A stretch of 63,734 bases of DNA, filler included, from Methanobacteriota archaeon (GTDB lineage: Archaea > JACRDV01): assembly GCA_024860865.1 (NCBI GenBank). It is 7 parts of 7 records of this genome, joined end to end, with 100 filler letters (N's around TTAATTAATTAA, not from the genome) between each part and the next. Parts side by side here need not be neighbours in the genome. Positions count along the whole stretch, not along the records: positions 23,810 to 31,217 come from JACRDV010000104.1; positions 31,318 to 34,948 come from JACRDV010000106.1; positions 35,049 to 44,965 come from JACRDV010000109.1; 4 more parts are not named here. One strand, written 5' to 3'. The position numbers were made by a program, and so were the translations under genes. Every line of letters starts with the position of its first letter. The first letter of the stretch is position 1. A model generated the notes under the pieces. It saw only the letters and a program-made list of their open reading frames with translations, searched no databases and was not told the DNA's origin. Positions 30,274 to 39,431 of this stretch are shown here, piece after piece.

Positions 30274-30951
30274 TTGGAGATTCTGTTGAAGCCGCTAGTC
30301 TACGCAGATACAAGAGAGCAGCCCTCCAACGTGCCTGAAATTTTGAAAAGCCTCGGGGCCAGGGTAATTTTTGAAGCCCTTACGGTGGGAGATTACATAG
30401 CTGCCCGGGATTGTGCAGTAGAAAGGAAAACTCTTAAGGATTTTGTAAGCTCAATTTTTCAAGCAAGAATTTTTGATCAAGCTCGCAGATTGCTTGAAGT
30501 ATATTCAAAGCCTTTGATCATTGTTGAGGGAAATTTAACAGAAATTTTTGAAAAAACAAATATTCAATCGAGATCCATATGGGGTGGGTTGCTCGCTTTA
30601 ATGCTTGATATAGGGGTGCCAGTTCTATTTGCAAGAGATAGATATGAAACAGCTGAGATTATTTTTACGCTTGCAAAGAGGGAGCAAACTGAGAAAAAGA
30701 AAGCGCCAGTAGTTAGACCAAAGCGCAAGATGTGGACTTTAGAGCAGCGCCAGCTCTATGCTTTAATGGGCTTGCCTAATGTTGGTCCTGAAATTGCTAA
30801 GAGATTGCTTAGAAAGTATGAAACTCTTCGGAAAGTTTTTGCCGCTCCAGAACATGAGCTTTGGCATATTGAGGGTCTTGGTAAGAAAAGGGCAAAGAAG
30901 ATCTGCGAATTGTTAGATGCAATTTTTGAAGAAAAACAATTTAAAGAATGA
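30274..30951 (+). CDS. xpf: Short XPF/ERCC4 nuclease with HhH2 domain
   Basis: DTRE, GDY, VERKT..DF and HhH motifs; no helicase domain. Confidence 0.9.
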   Translation: MEILLKPLVYADTREQPSNVPEILKSLGARVIFEALTVGDYIAARDCAVERKTLKDFVSSIFQARIFDQARRLLEVYSKPLIIVEGNLTEIFEKTNIQSRSIWGGLLALMLDIGVPVLFARDRYETAEIIFTLAKREQTEKKKAPVVRPKRKMWTLEQRQLYALMGLPNVGPEIAKRLLRKYETLRKVFAAPEHELWHIEGLGKKRAKKICELLDAIFEEKQFKE

Positions 30952-30971
30952 TCAAAAAATGAAAATTAGCT

Positions 30972-31057
30972 GCGGCCGTAGTCCAGCCTGGTAAGACGCG
31001 AGCCCCCCATTGTTTAGAGGAAAGCTCGTAACCCGGGTTCAAATCCCGGCGGCCGCA
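30972..31057 (+). tRNA. tRNA-Gly (anticodon CCC as encoded) with a 13-nt intron at 37/38 (31010-31022)
   Basis: Acceptor stem GCGGCCG/CGGCCGC, anticodon stem CGAGC/GCTCG, T arm CCGGG-TTCAAAT-CCCGG, discriminator A, no encoded CCA. Confidence 0.85.
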
Positions 31058-31317
31058 CACACTCGAGTTTTTCCGATTTTTCTTTGCCACCAATCCAAAA
31101 GTTTTGCTTGATTTAGTAGAAAATTATGGCAAAGAGCCTGGTTAGCGCATCTGGATTACTTCTAGGCGTATTACACCTAAGCTTTCTAGCAAAAAATTTG
31201 CAATGATGTTTGGGTCTNNNNNNNNNNNNNNNNNNNNNNNNNNNNNNNNNNNNNNNNNNNNTTAATTAATTAANNNNNNNNNNNNNNNNNNNNNNNNNNN
31301 NNNNNNNNNNNNNNNNN

Positions 31318-32163
31318 AACACAGATCTCATATAGGTCATACCTAGATCTACCAAAGTCACGAGCAAATTCAATCAGTTGTGCAGTCGACTCAAAACCAT
31401 CTTTTGCGCTAACCACTTTTATTCTAGGCGCCTCTTCAAATGCAGAAATAATTTTTGCTGGATTTGCCTGAGTTTTAAGTTCAGCCATTACAGCATGCAT
31501 GTGCATAATTGTAGTTGGAACAGCCACAGCGATTGTGGTTATATTTAAGTGAGGTAAAACCGTTTTAACATCAGGGCCATGATGTGAAGGGATAGTTGGC
31601 GGATCAGGTACAATTGCATTAATTGGTCCTTTCTTAATTTCTGCTGGGTCAGCTCCTCTTCTAATTACAACAGCTTGAGCACGTTTTATACCAAATGCTT
31701 GGTCAATTGTATTTAAGGTTCTACAGAGTCCTGTCGTATTGCAAGATACCACCCGGACAAATTGTTTTCCAAGTGCCTGCGAATAGTTACACTGTGCAAC
31801 GAATGAAAGCTGTGTAAGAGCATGTTTCTCACCGCCTTCAAAGATTGCTTTTAACCCTGCTTTTTCATACATTGGCTTATTTATAGCACCAACTCCGCCT
31901 GGGGTGCAATCAACAACTATATCCACTTTTTTAAGCAAATCTTGTAAAGTTCCCTGGATCGGAATTTTTGCCTCTCGAAAAGCACTAGCTCTTTCCACAT
32001 CAATAGCAAACAAATTGTAACCTTTTTTAATTGCGCTTGTTGCCTCAAAATCGGGTTTAGTTTTCGCCACTCCAATTAACTCCATATCATCTTGTTTTGC
32101 AACTGCGTCTGCGACTCTTTTACCGATTGTTCCATAGCCATTTATTGCAACTTTTACTTTCAT
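31318..32163 (-). CDS. gap: Archaeal type II glyceraldehyde-3-phosphate dehydrogenase, 3'-truncated by the gap
   Basis: NGYGTIGKRVADAV, VVSCNTTGL and PSHHGPDV motifs. Confidence 0.95.
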
Positions 32164-32202
32164 AAAAATCCACAGAAATTTTTGTATTTATAAATTTTAT
32201 TT

Positions 32203-32799
32203 TTAAATTCCAACGATTAAAGCAAATTGCATACCTGCTGCCGCACTGATTGGAACAGTAAAATTATCATTTAAATTTATCGGTAGCATTTCAACAAACA
32301 TTCCGATAAGTGCCCCTGTAATCGCAAGTGGAAAGGCAATAAAAACCGCCGCACCTAAACTAGCAGCAATAATCCCGCTTATACTGCCCTCAATGCTCTT
32401 TTTTTGGTTTATTGGGTTACGAGTTTTTCCAAAATGTTTTCCAATCAATGTAGAAACCCCATCCCCAAGCCCTAACACAGCTATAGATGCACCAGCAACT
32501 TCTATGGAACAAATGTTAAAGCGTACAAGCAGGAAGAGCAGCACCATTGCACCGAGATAATAAGCTGAAGTTAAAGCCATTTTCTCTTCTTGCCGAATTG
32601 CATTTTCAACAACATCCGATATTATTGGGATTTTTATTTTTTTGTACACGCGCAAGTATTCTGAGGATACATAAACAATTATGAACAGCACTAGGGCAAG
32701 AATAACCAAGTTTAGATCTAGTTTTAAAAGTATCACAGCTAATGGAATTAGAACACCGCTCATATGGATTAACTGTCTAATAACTTCGAGTTTATCCAT
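32203..32799 (-). CDS. Polyprenol/dolichol kinase-like membrane protein (CTP-transferase family)
   Basis: RQLIH, GDG.STLIG..FG, KKSIEGS and DNFTVP motifs. Confidence 0.85.
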   Translation of the reverse strand: MDKLEVIRQLIHMSGVLIPLAVILLKLDLNLVILALVLFIIVYVSSEYLRVYKKIKIPIISDVVENAIRQEEKMALTSAYYLGAMVLLFLLVRFNICSIEVAGASIAVLGLGDGVSTLIGKHFGKTRNPINQKKSIEGSISGIIAASLGAAVFIAFPLAITGALIGMFVEMLPINLNDNFTVPISAAAGMQFALIVGI

Positions 32800-32808
32800 A
32801 AAAACCAA

Positions 32809-34347
32809 CTACTCTTCCACATACATAATCTCCGGAACGCGTTTCAGTAGCATTCCTTCTATTCTCATAGGTTGAATTTTTTGTGCAAGGTTCAAAGCGC
32901 TTGTGAGTTTGCTTTCGCTCTCAGCATATATCTCAATCAGTGGATCGCCCTTTGCCACCCGGCGTCCGCGTTTAACTTTGAGGATTAGCCCAGCTCCCTT
33001 ATCCTTCGGAGCGCCAACGGCTCTTGCAATTTGAATTATTAGTTTATTATCAATATGGGTCACATATCCGTCTGCCGTTGCACAAAAAGTAGCAGTTTTA
33101 TTTCCAACTTGAACATCTTCAGGTTTAATCTCTGGATTCCCACCTTGGGCTCTAATAATTTGTTTCATTTTTTCAAGTGCTCTACCTGAGTGTAAAATTT
33201 CTTTTGCAAGGTTTTGTCCTTGGCCTTTGGGTGCTTTACCGCCTAGTTCAAGCAAAATACCAGCAATTGCAGTCGCCTTCTCTATCAAACTTGCCGGGCT
33301 TTTTGAACCGTATAAAGCTCTTAAAGCCTCTCTTGCCTCAAGCGCGGGGCCAACTGCTCTTCCAAGTGGTTGCCCTCCATAAGTTATTGCGCACTCAACA
33401 TGCATGCCAAGGCGCTCGCCCAAGTCAACGAAATCTCTTGCAAGTTTTTTAGCTTCATCCATATTTTCAACTTTTGCACTTGGACCTGTAGGAATATCTA
33501 TCACAACATACTCGGCTCCAACTGCATACTTTTTTGCTAAAACACTGGCAAGAGTTTGTCCTCTTGGATCAATTGCAAACGGGTAATTCATTTTTATGAA
33601 AATATCATCAGCAGGAGCAAGATTAACTGCTCCACCCCAAACGATTACTCCATTTATTTTCTCAACAATTTCTTGGATTTCTTTAATAGTTAAATCGACT
33701 GGTGCTAAAACTTCCATAATGTCTGCCGTTCCAGCGCAACTTGTAATCGCTCGGCTGCTAGTTTTTGGTATAGTTAAACCAGCAGCTGCAACTATTGGTA
33801 CAATCAAAAGAGAAATCTTATTACCCGCGACTCCACCAATACTGTGCTTGTCGAAGATAGGATGTTTCTTAATTTCTAACCTTTCACCTGTTTCAGCAAT
33901 TGCTCGTGCTAATGATTCGATTTCGCTTAAATCCAAATCATAAATATAAACTGAAGTTAAAAATGCAGAAATTTCACTTTCGCTTAATTTATTTAAAACT
34001 ACATCTTCAACTATTTCTCTAATTTCTGCTGGCTCTAGTTTTTTACCTTGCATTTTCTTTTTGATAAACTCTAAGGACCTCGGCATCATCACAGGAACAA
34101 GGCTTACAAATTGTCCCTCTTTTAAGTCTAGAGCTCTTTTTATTTCAAGAAAAACTCCGACTTCCCCTTGCTTTAACATTGTTTTAGTTATATCAACTAT
34201 CGCAATAATAGATCCTGTTGGCGTAGTTATTTTTACTCGGTCTTTGGAATACAGTCCAGCATCTCTTGCATCTTCAGCATTTAAAACTACAACTGGAGCA
34301 CCGGCTTCCATGCTAAAGATTTTAATTTTCATGTTTTCTAAAGCCAA
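32809..34347 (-). CDS. deoA: AMP phosphorylase
   Basis: DKHSIGGVAGNK, KTSSRAITS.AGTAD and GAP.DKGAG motifs; N-terminal extension typical of AMPpase. Confidence 0.93.
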   Translation of the reverse strand: MALENMKIKIFSMEAGAPVVVLNAEDARDAGLYSKDRVKITTPTGSIIAIVDITKTMLKQGEVGVFLEIKRALDLKEGQFVSLVPVMMPRSLEFIKKKMQGKKLEPAEIREIVEDVVLNKLSESEISAFLTSVYIYDLDLSEIESLARAIAETGERLEIKKHPIFDKHSIGGVAGNKISLLIVPIVAAAGLTIPKTSSRAITSCAGTADIMEVLAPVDLTIKEIQEIVEKINGVIVWGGAVNLAPADDIFIKMNYPFAIDPRGQTLASVLAKKYAVGAEYVVIDIPTGPSAKVENMDEAKKLARDFVDLGERLGMHVECAITYGGQPLGRAVGPALEAREALRALYGSKSPASLIEKATAIAGILLELGGKAPKGQGQNLAKEILHSGRALEKMKQIIRAQGGNPEIKPEDVQVGNKTATFCATADGYVTHIDNKLIIQIARAVGAPKDKGAGLILKVKRGRRVAKGDPLIEIYAESESKLTSALNLAQKIQPMRIEGMLLKRVPEIMYVEE

Positions 34348-34362
34348 AAAAAATCCTCCAGT

Positions 34363-34948
34363 TCACTTCCATTGATTTAGTGCCAATTTAAGCTCTAAAT
34401 GTTCTTTCGCATATTCTTTTAATGAAATGTTTCCCATTACTGCATCCACTGCTTGCCTTGCAGCTTTGGCACCAGATCTAGTGCCCAATGGATGACCATG
34501 AATACCTCCTCCCATTTGTATAATAAAATCGTTGCCGAATATTTTTATCAGCGATGGAATTAATCCTGGATGCAAACCTCCAGAAGCTACGGGTAGTACA
34601 GGTTTCATTCTACCCATCTTTCTTTTTAAGGTATCACAATTCTCTTGAACTTCTTCTTTAGTTTCATACATCTTACCGACCACAGTTCCAACATGCAATT
34701 GATCGAAACCAATAATTCTTACCAACTTTGCTATTACGCGCATTGAAATTCCATGCTTTGGATTTTTAGTGAAAGCGGCATGCCCAGCACGATGTGCATG
34801 TAAAATGAGGCTAAAATTTTGATCGCGCAGCGTTTGTAAAGCAGAGAAACCACAAACCAGAACGTCCACCATCGCATATTCTCCACCATGATCCTCAACA
34901 AATTGAGCGCGCCTGAGCATTTCGTTTGTTTCAGCAGTTATGTTTATC
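34363..34948 (-). CDS. rbcL: Form III RuBisCO large subunit, C-terminal part (5' cut by the gap)
   Basis: HAHRAGHAAFT, DQLHVGTVVGK, ASGGLHPG and GGGIHGHP motifs. Confidence 0.92.
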
Positions 34949-35048
34949 NNNNNNNNNNNNNNNNNNNNNNNNNNNNNNNNNNNNNNNNNNNNTTAATTAA
35001 TTAANNNNNNNNNNNNNNNNNNNNNNNNNNNNNNNNNNNNNNNNNNNN

Positions 35049-35309
35049 CGCAAAAAAGAAACCTTCGTGGAAATGATCGCCTTGGGTATCAGATAATTGT
35101 CCTAGCTCCTCAAAGAGTGAAACTAGAGTCTCAGCATCTTTAGGATTTTTACACTTCAGCATACTCAACATAAAATAGTCTCTGATGTCACTTAGTATTG
35201 CTATGTCTTCCTCTGTAATCGACCCAGTTTGCAACCTATGTTTTAAAAGTTTATCCTGCTTTGAAATTTCTAGTGCAAGCTTCTTTGCTAACTTTTTGTT
35301 GGTCATCAT
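35049..35309 (-). CDS. Hypothetical protein, truncated by the gap
   Basis: Open frame from an ATG to the contig end; no recognisable motif. Confidence 0.5.
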
Positions 35310-35375
35310 TTAAATCATTGACTCAGAATCAATCTGATAATTGCATGAGGTGCTAAACCTCAACTAATTTAAATT

Positions 35376-35816
35376 TCATTCAGTTGGTGTTGTTGGCATT
35401 GCTCCTTTTGTAGTGAAAAATCCAACTATAGCAGTGATGACTAGTAATCCACCTAAAATTTCTAATGCTGGCAAAGTGCCATCGCGGCAGGGCATCCCTG
35501 GTGCACACACTCCGATTAGAACAGTTGGTAGAGCTATAACAATTACGCCCAAGGCAGCTAAAATAACATTTAAAACTTTTTTCGTTTCTACCTGCTTACT
35601 GGCTATTAGAGCTAGAGCAGAGATAATAATCAAAGCTCCTGCCCCTAATTCTGACTGAGCTGTCCATGTGCACTTCATAGGTATTATCATTCCCATTTTG
35701 GTTTCCATCATTTTGCCATAGTATTCGCAAACTGGTAAGATATACCGTGGAACAACCATGACAAGAATACCAATTAGTGCAGCCACTCCTCCTAAAATCT
35801 TTGAAATTTCTGCCAT
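35376..35816 (-). CDS. DUF4418-like membrane protein
   Basis: PVC...MKCTWTA and IGVC...MPC motifs, 4 TM helices, GGTGG RBS. Confidence 0.85.
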   Translation of the reverse strand: MAEISKILGGVAALIGILVMVVPRYILPVCEYYGKMMETKMGMIIPMKCTWTAQSELGAGALIIISALALIASKQVETKKVLNVILAALGVIVIALPTVLIGVCAPGMPCRDGTLPALEILGGLLVITAIVGFFTTKGAMPTTPTE

Positions 35817-35860
35817 AAGACCACCTATTCTTTTGAAATTGACATTAAAGTCTTAAATTT

Positions 35861-36030
35861 CTTACCAGTTGAAAACGTTCAAAAGAATTGCAAATAATTT
35901 TTTAAAAAGAAAGAATTGACTTTTTCTGTTTTTATTATTGCCAATACCCGACCAAAAGAACTATAAAATAAAGAATGCGCAAAAGAACGTTTACAATTCC
36001 TCTATTTTCTGAGATTGGCAATTATTAAGG
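35861..36030 (-). repeat. Regulator-tail/promoter cassette, copy D (most decayed); palindrome at 35869-35882
   Basis: CTTACCAG-TTGAAAACGTTCAA, with residual similarity CAATACCCGACCAAAAGAACT and TTTACAATTCCTCT to 42996-43070. Confidence 0.75.
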
Positions 36031-36033
36031 TTT

Positions 36034-37224
36034 TTAATTATTTTTTGATGAAACATCTCGATATTCTAATATGTTACCATAGATTGGATAAAGAGCCGCT
36101 AGAAGGCCGGTTAGAATAGCAAAAATCAAGCTAGATACAATCAATGAACCAATATAAAGAGAAGTTGGCCACAGATACGGGACCCTTAATGAGGCTACAA
36201 TTAAATTTTTAAAACTGTAGGCAATTGTTGTACAAAAAATAATTCCTAAAAATCCTCCAATAGTTGTTAGTAAAATTGCTTCCAATACGATTAATTTAAA
36301 AATTAAGCCCTGAGAGGCACCCTTAGCTCGAAGTGATCTCATCTCGTTACGGCGCCCATTAATTATTCCAGAAAAAGCAATGCAGATTGTTAGTAAAGAT
36401 ATTGCCCAAAGAATGCTACCTACAATGAGTGAATTTTGTCTTAAACTCCTTAATTGGTGTTTAACCGAATCTCTTAATTTATCTGCAGTTATTATAGACA
36501 CATCAGAAAGGTTGGAAGTTATAAATTCGGCTACTTGCTCAGATTTTTCGCTTGATTTAATTTGAACGAGCACAACAGAAACGGGTTTAACATCTTTTAG
36601 CCCAAAGTTTTCATAAATCGTTTCTATTGGCATAAATACGGCCCTATCAAGGCCAATTCCCGTAGGCTTAAGAATTCCAACGACTTTAAATGAACAGTTA
36701 TAAAATTTAACTGAATCTCCTATATTATACCAAACTTCGCTGCCAATAATAATTTCATTTTTATTTAGCGGTTTTTTTAGATTTGTTTTTAAAAAAGAAG
36801 TTATAGTAAAATCTGTTTTTGAGTTGAAACCTATCAAAAACATGCTCCCAGCAGTACAGCACTCAGCTTCTAAAGATTCAAGGAATAACAAAGATGAAGT
36901 TTTTTTAACTCCTGGAATTGCTGCTACTTGTTGTTCAATGCTTCCATTCATTGAAAAAATAGCTGGCTCGCCAATTACTAAGGCAGTTTGCATCTGTGTT
37001 TCGTATCCTTTAGGACCTACCACTAAGTCAGCACCTAATACAGAAGTCCCTGTTTGTAAACCATTTTCTATACTTTTAACAAACAATGTTGTTGAAAATA
37101 AAATTCCCACTGCTACTGCAGCACTAAAAATAATAATTGCGGTTTCAAATGATGCGCGCTTGAGGTTTTGTTTTATCAGATAAAAGAGACTAAAACTATC
37201 CATCAAAAAGACCTTTAAATACAC
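36034..37224 (-). CDS. MacB/FtsX-type ABC permease
   Basis: LGADLVV, RRNE...LRA.GA and LEA...GG..G motifs; 4 TM helices; vicinal CC in the outside domain. Confidence 0.88.
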   Translation of the reverse strand: MYLKVFLMDSFSLFYLIKQNLKRASFETAIIIFSAAVAVGILFSTTLFVKSIENGLQTGTSVLGADLVVGPKGYETQMQTALVIGEPAIFSMNGSIEQQVAAIPGVKKTSSLLFLESLEAECCTAGSMFLIGFNSKTDFTITSFLKTNLKKPLNKNEIIIGSEVWYNIGDSVKFYNCSFKVVGILKPTGIGLDRAVFMPIETIYENFGLKDVKPVSVVLVQIKSSEKSEQVAEFITSNLSDVSIITADKLRDSVKHQLRSLRQNSLIVGSILWAISLLTICIAFSGIINGRRNEMRSLRAKGASQGLIFKLIVLEAILLTTIGGFLGIIFCTTIAYSFKNLIVASLRVPYLWPTSLYIGSLIVSSLIFAILTGLLAALYPIYGNILEYRDVSSKNN

Positions 37225-37253
37225 AGTATAGGTGTTTCAAGCAAAATCCGAAA

Positions 37254-37481
37254 TCAACGAAATAATTTCTTTAAATTGAGCCTAAAGGAGCTTCCTAGCT
37301 GTTTTAATCTGGTCTTAAAGTAATAAGCTAGCACGAAAGGACCAAATAATAAGCAACCCCCACAACTCGTACAGATACCTCTACATGCTGTGCTGAATAT
37401 GGTTACAAATGAGAAAGAAGAAAGAAAAAATATAACGCTTGTTATTCTTTCACGAAAGTATTTTTTAATGTTTCTCAGCAA
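37254..37481 (-). CDS. Small membrane protein with C-x3-C-x2-C-x2-C
   Basis: ACRGICTSCGGC between hydrophobic segments; starts 1 nt after the upstream stop. Confidence 0.65.
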   Translation of the reverse strand: MLRNIKKYFRERITSVIFFLSSFSFVTIFSTACRGICTSCGGCLLFGPFVLAYYFKTRLKQLGSSFRLNLKKLFR

Positions 37482-37482
37482 T

Positions 37483-38394
37483 TCAGGGTCCTCTTGAAAA
37501 ACTTAGGGCTCCATGATTGCATTCAATAATACATTCCTTACACATATTGCATAAGTGCCGATCTATTTTAATAGACCCTGATTGTATTGCCCATACAGGA
37601 CAGGAATTTTTACAATGCCAGCAATCATTACATTTCGATTGGTCTACTCTTATTTTATAAGTGAATCGTAACTTAGAGCCTAAGAAATGCAATAGAGATT
37701 GTAAAGCTCCAGCTGGACAGAAAAAGTTGCAGAATCCTCTTCCACCCTGCATAAAAATTCCAAAAACGAAAAGCCAGAGAAATAATGTTATGAGCGCGGC
37801 TGATGTCCAATGGCCGAAAAACAAATCGCGTAGGTCAAGAAGAAATGCACCCTCAATTATTCTATTTGTTAAAGCAAAGTTGCAATAAGAACAGCATACG
37901 CTGCTGAATTTAGCTTTAATTACATCACTGAATTTAATACCTACCGCTAGTGTAACAAATGCAGCAAGGAAGCCATATCTGATCGCAGTAGGACTTGCAT
38001 TGCTTAAGTTCATCTTAAACTTAGATGGCACTAATCTGCTTAAAGATTCTGTAAAAGAGCCGGCCGGACATAGCCAACCGCAGAAAAGTGGTCCAAATAG
38101 AAAGGCAATTGGGAGGAGAACAAGAATCATACCGCGTAATGGATAAACTGCCACTCTCTCTAAAATATCCCCATTAAATATCCAATCAACCGTCATTCTT
38201 AAACATGTAGAATGTATATCTGGTATATCTGTGCTAGCCTGCTGCCATGCGGGATTATTTGTAGTCCCCATTAAATATAGACCTGTTCTAGCCACTAAGG
38301 CAAATGGAGAAACTAATAGTAGAAACCCAACTATAAACATAAAGTATCTTAGCCAATTCCTCTTCAATTTTTTAATCTTTGATTCAATATTCAT
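37483..38394 (-). CDS. Membrane 4Fe-4S protein (NapH/MauN-like)
   Basis: FCGWLCPAG and FCNFFCPAG motifs plus two C-terminal ferredoxin CxxCxxCxxxC motifs. Confidence 0.9.
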   Translation of the reverse strand: MNIESKIKKLKRNWLRYFMFIVGFLLLVSPFALVARTGLYLMGTTNNPAWQQASTDIPDIHSTCLRMTVDWIFNGDILERVAVYPLRGMILVLLPIAFLFGPLFCGWLCPAGSFTESLSRLVPSKFKMNLSNASPTAIRYGFLAAFVTLAVGIKFSDVIKAKFSSVCCSYCNFALTNRIIEGAFLLDLRDLFFGHWTSAALITLFLWLFVFGIFMQGGRGFCNFFCPAGALQSLLHFLGSKLRFTYKIRVDQSKCNDCWHCKNSCPVWAIQSGSIKIDRHLCNMCKECIIECNHGALSFSRGP

Positions 38395-38398
38395 ATGA

Positions 38399-38953
38399 TC
38401 AACTGAGAATAACTGTTATTGGTAAAAACGCCAACTCTTTCTTTGTTTCAACATCAATGACTTTTAAGCCACCGCTGTATATCACGCCACTTGATGTGCC
38501 TTGTGGGATATGAAACTCAATATCTATGCCCATTCTCTGATTAGGCAGTATTGGTTTTTCGAGCTCAATTGTAGATTTATTCTTAAGTACCCAAGGCACA
38601 TGCGGTTTTCCTTCAACCCACTCAAAAGGAATTGTGCAGTTAACTAGAACCAACTGAATTGTGTAAGGCTTCTTCCCTTTATTTCTCAGTTCATGCGTGC
38701 CAACTTCAACTATCTGAGGACAGAAAATAGATTTGGGTAAACCTTGCTTGCTAACATATACCTCAACTTTTCCAGGGGATGCTCCTGGATACATACCCAT
38801 CCCGACAGGCATTCCCTTAGCAGCTGGAAAATTCATCCTGAAGTGCACAGCCTCAGATTGCGCCTTACTTGCGCGATAAAAGCCAGCGCCTAGCGTAAAT
38901 CCGAACGCGAGTATAAATAATACAGTTATAGCGATTATGCGTTTGTATTTCAT
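38399..38953 (-). CDS. Secreted or membrane-anchored hypothetical protein
   Basis: N-terminal hydrophobic helix and beta-rich body; first gene of the operon. Confidence 0.75.
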   Translation of the reverse strand: MKYKRIIAITVLFILAFGFTLGAGFYRASKAQSEAVHFRMNFPAAKGMPVGMGMYPGASPGKVEVYVSKQGLPKSIFCPQIVEVGTHELRNKGKKPYTIQLVLVNCTIPFEWVEGKPHVPWVLKNKSTIELEKPILPNQRMGIDIEFHIPQGTSSGVIYSGGLKVIDVETKKELAFLPITVILS

Positions 38954-38965
38954 TCAAATTCCTAA

Positions 38966-39207
38966 TTTGAAGGTAAGAAATGAATCGAACAAATTCGATT
39001 CACAATTTTTAAAGCGTATTTTTCTAATAAAATACCTTACCAGTTGAAAACGTTCAAAAAATAAATAAAAACTTTTAAAAAAGAAGAAATAATCTTTAAA
39101 AGCTTAATTACGCGTCAGTATCTGACCAAAGAAATTTTAAAGAAAGCTTTTGTGCTATTCAGCTTTAAAATTGCTCCAACAATTATCCGATTCACTTTTA
39201 GGTCTTC
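38966..39207 (-). repeat. Regulator-tail/promoter cassette, copy C; palindrome at 39044-39057
   Basis: AAAGCGTATTTTTCTAATAAAATACCTTACCAGT is identical to copy A. Also shares AGGTAAGAAATG and AGTATCTGACCAAAGAAA. Confidence 0.85.
38981..39002. promoter_or_regulatory. Perfect inverted repeat in the leader of the Fe-S/ABC operon
   Basis: TGAATCGAA-CAAA-TTCGATTCA. Confidence 0.6.
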
Positions 39208-39431
39208 TTAGTTACTTAAAAGACCATTTGGCTTTAGCGTACATCAGTTTCTCATATTAAAATTATTCTGAACACATAAATGATAATTCCTTTGTGAATT
39301 ACAAAAAGTAGGATGACATCAACTGGCAAACTAACTACTGTAATATTTGCAGTAAAACTATAATTCTGACTGAAGCTAGTTGCAATTATCGCAAAAAAAT
39401 AAACAAAAAATAAAAAAATAGTCTGTCTTTT

